DNA of 29,586 bases from Promethearchaeota archaeon (lineage in GTDB: Archaea; Asgardarchaeota; Lokiarchaeia; Sigyniarchaeales; SOKP01): the NCBI GenBank assembly GCA_048938445.1, contig JBHLME010000053.1, positions 1 to 29,586 of the forward strand, written 5' to 3'. Under the pieces are notes generated by a model. The model worked only from the letters and a program-made list of their open reading frames with translations, had not been told where the DNA came from and did no database searches. Positions 26,017-29,586 of the stretch are shown here, piece by piece. Position 1 is the stretch's first letter. The number at the start of each line of letters is the position of its first letter. A program made the translations under genes and the position numbers.

Positions 26017-28762
26017 GGAATACTGACTCTTCTCTTTCTCTATATTTTCCTCTTCCCATAAAATAGGGATTCATTATAGCGGATATTTGATTGAAATCGT
26101 AATGTCTTGCATCAATAGCTTTTAACCTGCATGTTGATGCACACTTACCGCATCCCTTACAGATTGCGGGATTAATCATTGCTTTTTTTAATGGAAGGCT
26201 TATATCCTCGAATTCTTTTTGAGAGTCAATTAATTTAATAGCTTTAAAAGAACATACGTCAACACACTGTCCACAACCATTACATTTTTCTTCAATTACT
26301 ATCATATCTTTAAAATGGCATTCGATTGATAATAAAAATGAGAGAAATTTCAATTTAGCGCTACTAATTTCCTTTAAATTTAAGAATCGCCCTGCCCTTC
26401 CAGCGGCGCCATTTGCTTGCATTATTGAGTCTTGAATATTTTTTGGCCATTGTGCACATCCACAAAGAAAGATACCATTATTAGAAAAATCAAGAGGCCG
26501 TAATTTTGTATGGGCTTCTAAGAAGAATCCATGTTTGTCTATAGGGACATCTAATACCTTAGCTAAATTGGTTAAATCTTCTGGGGGCACCATTGGTGTG
26601 GAAAGGATTATTAGATCACTACTATATTCATTGAATTTTTTTGGATCTAATTCATCTCGTAATATTATAACATATTTTTCTGGTTCATTTGCAATTTTAA
26701 CTACTTCTGGAATATTAAATGGATCATAACGAATATATCTTACAGTTTTTCTTTCTTCACTAAATTCTCCTTCAAAATCTTTTTTAGCCATATGAAGATC
26801 TCTGAAAAATACTAATATTTGGATATCAGGTTTAAGATTTTCTAAAATGTCAATATTTTTTATAGCATTGCTGCAGCAAACATTAGAACAATATGAGAAC
26901 CCATCCTTTTTTCGAGCATTTGCACACAAGATTATAGAAACATTATTGATTTCTTGCAACCATTTTACATTTTTGTTTTTAAATCTCGATTCGAGCTCCA
27001 TTTGAGTAATTATATTGTTATTACCAGCTTTATATTGAAAATGTCCTTTAGGTTTGAACTCTTTTCCCCCAGTAGCTATAATTATAGTACCTACTTTTAT
27101 TTCTTGAATATTCCCTTCATTATTTATGATTGATACATCAAAGTTTCCTATAAAACCCTCAACTTTTAAGATTTTTGAATCAAGGAATACACTGATATTT
27201 TCATTTGAATAGACTTGACTCTGGAGATTATCAAGTAAGTCTGAAGCCTTTTCTTGTGTAGGAAATATTATATTAATATAATTTAAATTTCCACCAAGAA
27301 TTCCTTCCTTTTCGATTAAATAACTGTGAAAACCTTGATTAGCAATGTTTAATGCCGCTGTCATTCCAGAGACACCCCCACCAACAATTAAAGCCGAGGG
27401 AATTACATTAATAATATCCTCTGCTTTTGAAATATCTATTTCTTCTTGGATTATTTCCGAATATTTTACTGGATTTAAAAAATTAGCTACTTGAGATGCA
27501 ACTGAGCTTGCGTGTATTACTGTTTCGGAGATATCCATTGGACTTTGACAAAATCCACATAAATAAATACCATTTTTGGTAGATAAAGATTTCTCGATAT
27601 ATGAACGTTCTTTATAAAATCCATATTGATCTAACTCAATTCCTAATATTTTTGCTAACTTTTTAGTTCCTTTAGAATGGACTAAAGGAGCGGATAATAC
27701 TACCATATTGGCTATACATTCTCGATCTTTATTACTCATTAAATCCTTAAATTTAATATTCAAATCATTATTTTTAGAATTTTCTTCAATTTTATAAATC
27801 TTAGAATGGATATATTTAATCCCAAATTCATTTTGGGCTTCTTTAGCATGTTCATAATAATTTTTTCCAAATGCTCTAATTTTATGGCGAAAAATATATG
27901 TATCAATATTCTCAGAATATTGCCTTGTAAGGATTGCTTCTTTTGCGGTATAAAGACAACATACTTTCGAGCAATAGGGAACATTCTCATCTAAATCTAA
28001 AGATCCTGCACACTGAATAAATGCAATTTTCTTTGGTTCTTTTTCATCGCTAAGCCTTAAGACTTGTCCACCAAAGGGACCAGTTTTACATAAAATTCTT
28101 TCATATTCAAGTGCATTCACGACATTCTTAAATTTATATCCCCATCTTTCTGGTAATTCTAAACCGAGCATTTCAAAACCCGTTGCTATAATGATTGCTC
28201 CAACATTTAAAATAATCTCTTGAGGTTCTTGATCAAAATTTATTGCATCTCCTTTACAAATTTTCTTACATACACCACAAACTTCTCTAGTAAGATACAA
28301 GCATGACTTTGGATCTATAATATAGGTTGGTGGTGTAGCTTGCGGAAAAGGAATGTAAATTGATTTTCTTTTGCCGAGATCCATATCAAATTGGTTTGGA
28401 TATTCTATTTTAGGACATTTAGCCGCGCAATCACCGCAACCACGACATTTTTGCTCATCAATATAGCGTGGTTTTTTCAAGATTTTTACTTTAAAATTTC
28501 CCGCTTTTCCTTTAACACTTTTAACTTTTGATAATGTATATAACTCAATATTTGGATTTTGATAAATTCCCACCATTTTTGGTGCAAGTATACAAAGACT
28601 ACAATCTAATTTTGGAAAAGTTTTCTCTAGCTGCGCCATATGTCCCCCTATTGATGGTCTTTTTTCGATTAAATATACCTTAAACCCTAAATCTGTTAAT
28701 TGAAGGGATGCTTCAATACCTGCAATCCCTCCCCCTATTACTAAAACAGAACCAATCATCAT
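26006..28762 (-). CDS. hdrA: Heterodisulfide reductase subunit A-like polyferredoxin flavoprotein (two HdrA flavin modules)
   Basis: Two Rossmann motifs (VIGGGIAG, VGGGVSG), KTFPKLDCSLCILAPKM, inserted ferredoxin (CRGCGDCAAKCP; C..CGVCKKIC), FIQC...YCSKVCC and ILC...YCSNVCC, EAHTKLRP, and a C-terminal 2x[4Fe-4S] ferredoxin. Confidence 0.9.
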   Translation of the reverse strand: MMIGSVLVIGGGIAGIEASLQLTDLGFKVYLIEKRPSIGGHMAQLEKTFPKLDCSLCILAPKMVGIYQNPNIELYTLSKVKSVKGKAGNFKVKILKKPRYIDEQKCRGCGDCAAKCPKIEYPNQFDMDLGKRKSIYIPFPQATPPTYIIDPKSCLYLTREVCGVCKKICKGDAINFDQEPQEIILNVGAIIIATGFEMLGLELPERWGYKFKNVVNALEYERILCKTGPFGGQVLRLSDEKEPKKIAFIQCAGSLDLDENVPYCSKVCCLYTAKEAILTRQYSENIDTYIFRHKIRAFGKNYYEHAKEAQNEFGIKYIHSKIYKIEENSKNNDLNIKFKDLMSNKDRECIANMVVLSAPLVHSKGTKKLAKILGIELDQYGFYKERSYIEKSLSTKNGIYLCGFCQSPMDISETVIHASSVASQVANFLNPVKYSEIIQEEIDISKAEDIINVIPSALIVGGGVSGMTAALNIANQGFHSYLIEKEGILGGNLNYINIIFPTQEKASDLLDNLQSQVYSNENISVFLDSKILKVEGFIGNFDVSIINNEGNIQEIKVGTIIIATGGKEFKPKGHFQYKAGNNNIITQMELESRFKNKNVKWLQEINNVSIILCANARKKDGFSYCSNVCCSNAIKNIDILENLKPDIQILVFFRDLHMAKKDFEGEFSEERKTVRYIRYDPFNIPEVVKIANEPEKYVIILRDELDPKKFNEYSSDLIILSTPMVPPEDLTNLAKVLDVPIDKHGFFLEAHTKLRPLDFSNNGIFLCGCAQWPKNIQDSIMQANGAAGRAGRFLNLKEISSAKLKFLSFLLSIECHFKDMIVIEEKCNGCGQCVDVCSFKAIKLIDSQKEFEDISLPLKKAMINPAICKGCGKCASTCRLKAIDARHYDFNQISAIMNPYFMGRGKYREREESVFPTT

Positions 28763-28861
28763 TAATTTCTCCCAAATAGGATTTTATTATTTATTTAAAC
28801 ATTTTAAAAATAACTGGTATAAAACCGTACCTAATTTTTATTATTGTCACGATTATTATAT

Positions 28862-28967
28862 AAATCTATCGAAATTGATCATCATTCCCAGATTTGTGAT
28901 AGATCTGGGATATTTTATTAGGTTCAAATGTTGGTTATTGATCATTCATCGAATTGTTCATGATCAA
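28862..28967. promoter_or_regulatory. Cluster of inverted and direct repeats in the divergent hdrA/GH3 intergenic region
   Basis: TCCCAGATTT/AGATCTGGGA (28886-28910), TTGATCAT/ATGATCAA (28938-28967), and the direct repeat ATTGATCAT at 28874 and 28937. Confidence 0.45.
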
Positions 28968-29090
28968 GAAAAAACATTAAAAAATTACTATTATATTTAA
29001 GAAATTTCTTTAAGATAAGTAAAAATAAATTAAATATAATTCTAAATATACTTTAAATCGAAAAAAAATAATTATTGATGATGATAAATA

Positions 29091-29586
29091 ATGACATCAG
29101 AATACCCTTTTATGAATAATGATTTAAACATAGAAAAACGTTTAGATGACTTGATGGGAAGATTGACCTTAAATGAAAAAATAAGATTATGTCATGGTAA
29201 AAGAATATATTGGTCGAGACCAATAAAGAGATTAGGAATTCCATCAATGAAGATGACCGATGGTCCTCATGGTATAGGAACAGGGGTCTATGTGTTAAAA
29301 AAAATGACATATTTTCCTGTTGCGATTTGTAGAGCTGCAACTTGGAATCAAGAATTATCTTATAAATTTGGAGAAGCATTAGCAGAGGAAACAAGAGCAG
29401 TTGGTCGTCACATGATTTTAGCTCCGGGGATCAACATTATTAGAACCCCTCTATGTGGTAGAAATTTTGAATACCAAACTGAAGATCCATTTCTTAATTC
29501 AAGAATTGTCGTTGAATTAACCAAAGGAGTTCAAAGTAAGCGAATTTCAACTTGTATAAAACATTTTGCTGCTAATAATCAAGAAT
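29091..29586 (+). CDS. Glycoside hydrolase family 3 (beta-glucosidase-like), truncated by the window end; absent from the ORF track
   Basis: Translated by hand: MTSEYPFMNNDLNIEKRLDDLMGRLTLNEKI...RLGIPSMKMTDGPHG...TYFPVAICRAATWN...LAPGINIIRTPLCGRNFEYQTEDPFL...CIKHFAANNQE. These are classic GH3 N-terminal motifs. Confidence 0.93.
   Translation, partial: MTSEYPFMNNDLNIEKRLDDLMGRLTLNEKIRLCHGKRIYWSRPIKRLGIPSMKMTDGPHGIGTGVYVLKKMTYFPVAICRAATWNQELSYKFGEALAEETRAVGRHMILAPGINIIRTPLCGRNFEYQTEDPFLNSRIVVELTKGVQSKRISTCIKHFAANNQE

Noticed and set aside
28938-28967. SECIS or C/D-box RNA (minus strand AUGA...UGAU)
   Set aside because: The spacing is too short for a SECIS, no UGA-containing gene is nearby, and no matching box C/D pair is evident.
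29110-29394. 94-aa minus-strand ORF in the track
   Set aside because: It is the antisense shadow of the plus-strand GH3 gene, which the track missed because it has no stop in the window.
1-29586. CRISPR arrays, tRNA/rRNA genes, alternative genetic code
   Set aside because: No regularly spaced nucleotide repeats and no GC-rich structural RNA islands. TAA, TAG and TGA all terminate full-length genes.

Overview
A very AT-rich (roughly 30% GC or less, by eye), gene-dense archaeal window. Fwd- and HdrA-type redox genes, archaeal Shine-Dalgarno motifs (GGTGAT/AGGAGG), a geranylgeranyl-reductase-like gene and several eukaryote-like domains (LRR-TIR, uDENN/longin-like, TPR with a possible PCI-like tail, NIDO/reelin-like ectodomains, double zinc ribbons) suggest an Asgard archaeon, probably Lokiarchaeia (inference). 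In order, the window holds: a divergent fwdH-B-D-A-like operon with substituted catalytic residues; a 2016-aa membrane-anchored subtilisin with cytoplasmic zinc ribbons; a MoxR AAA+/VWA pair separated by an opposite-strand LRR-TIR-coiled-coil gene; an MscL whose bundle helix appears moved to the N-terminus; a cupin; a YdjM-like membrane hydrolase; a TPR protein; an unannotated 53-aa Cys-rich microprotein; an SCP2-type thiolase with a pseudo-HMG-CoA-synthase/DUF35 fusion; a GNAT; a uDENN/longin-like protein; an AEC transporter; a GGR-like flavoprotein; a small Cys protein; a tandem HdrA-like protein; and the 5' part of a GH3 glycosidase. No rRNA, tRNA, CRISPR array or transposase was seen. All family calls come from motifs recognised by eye, not from database searches.
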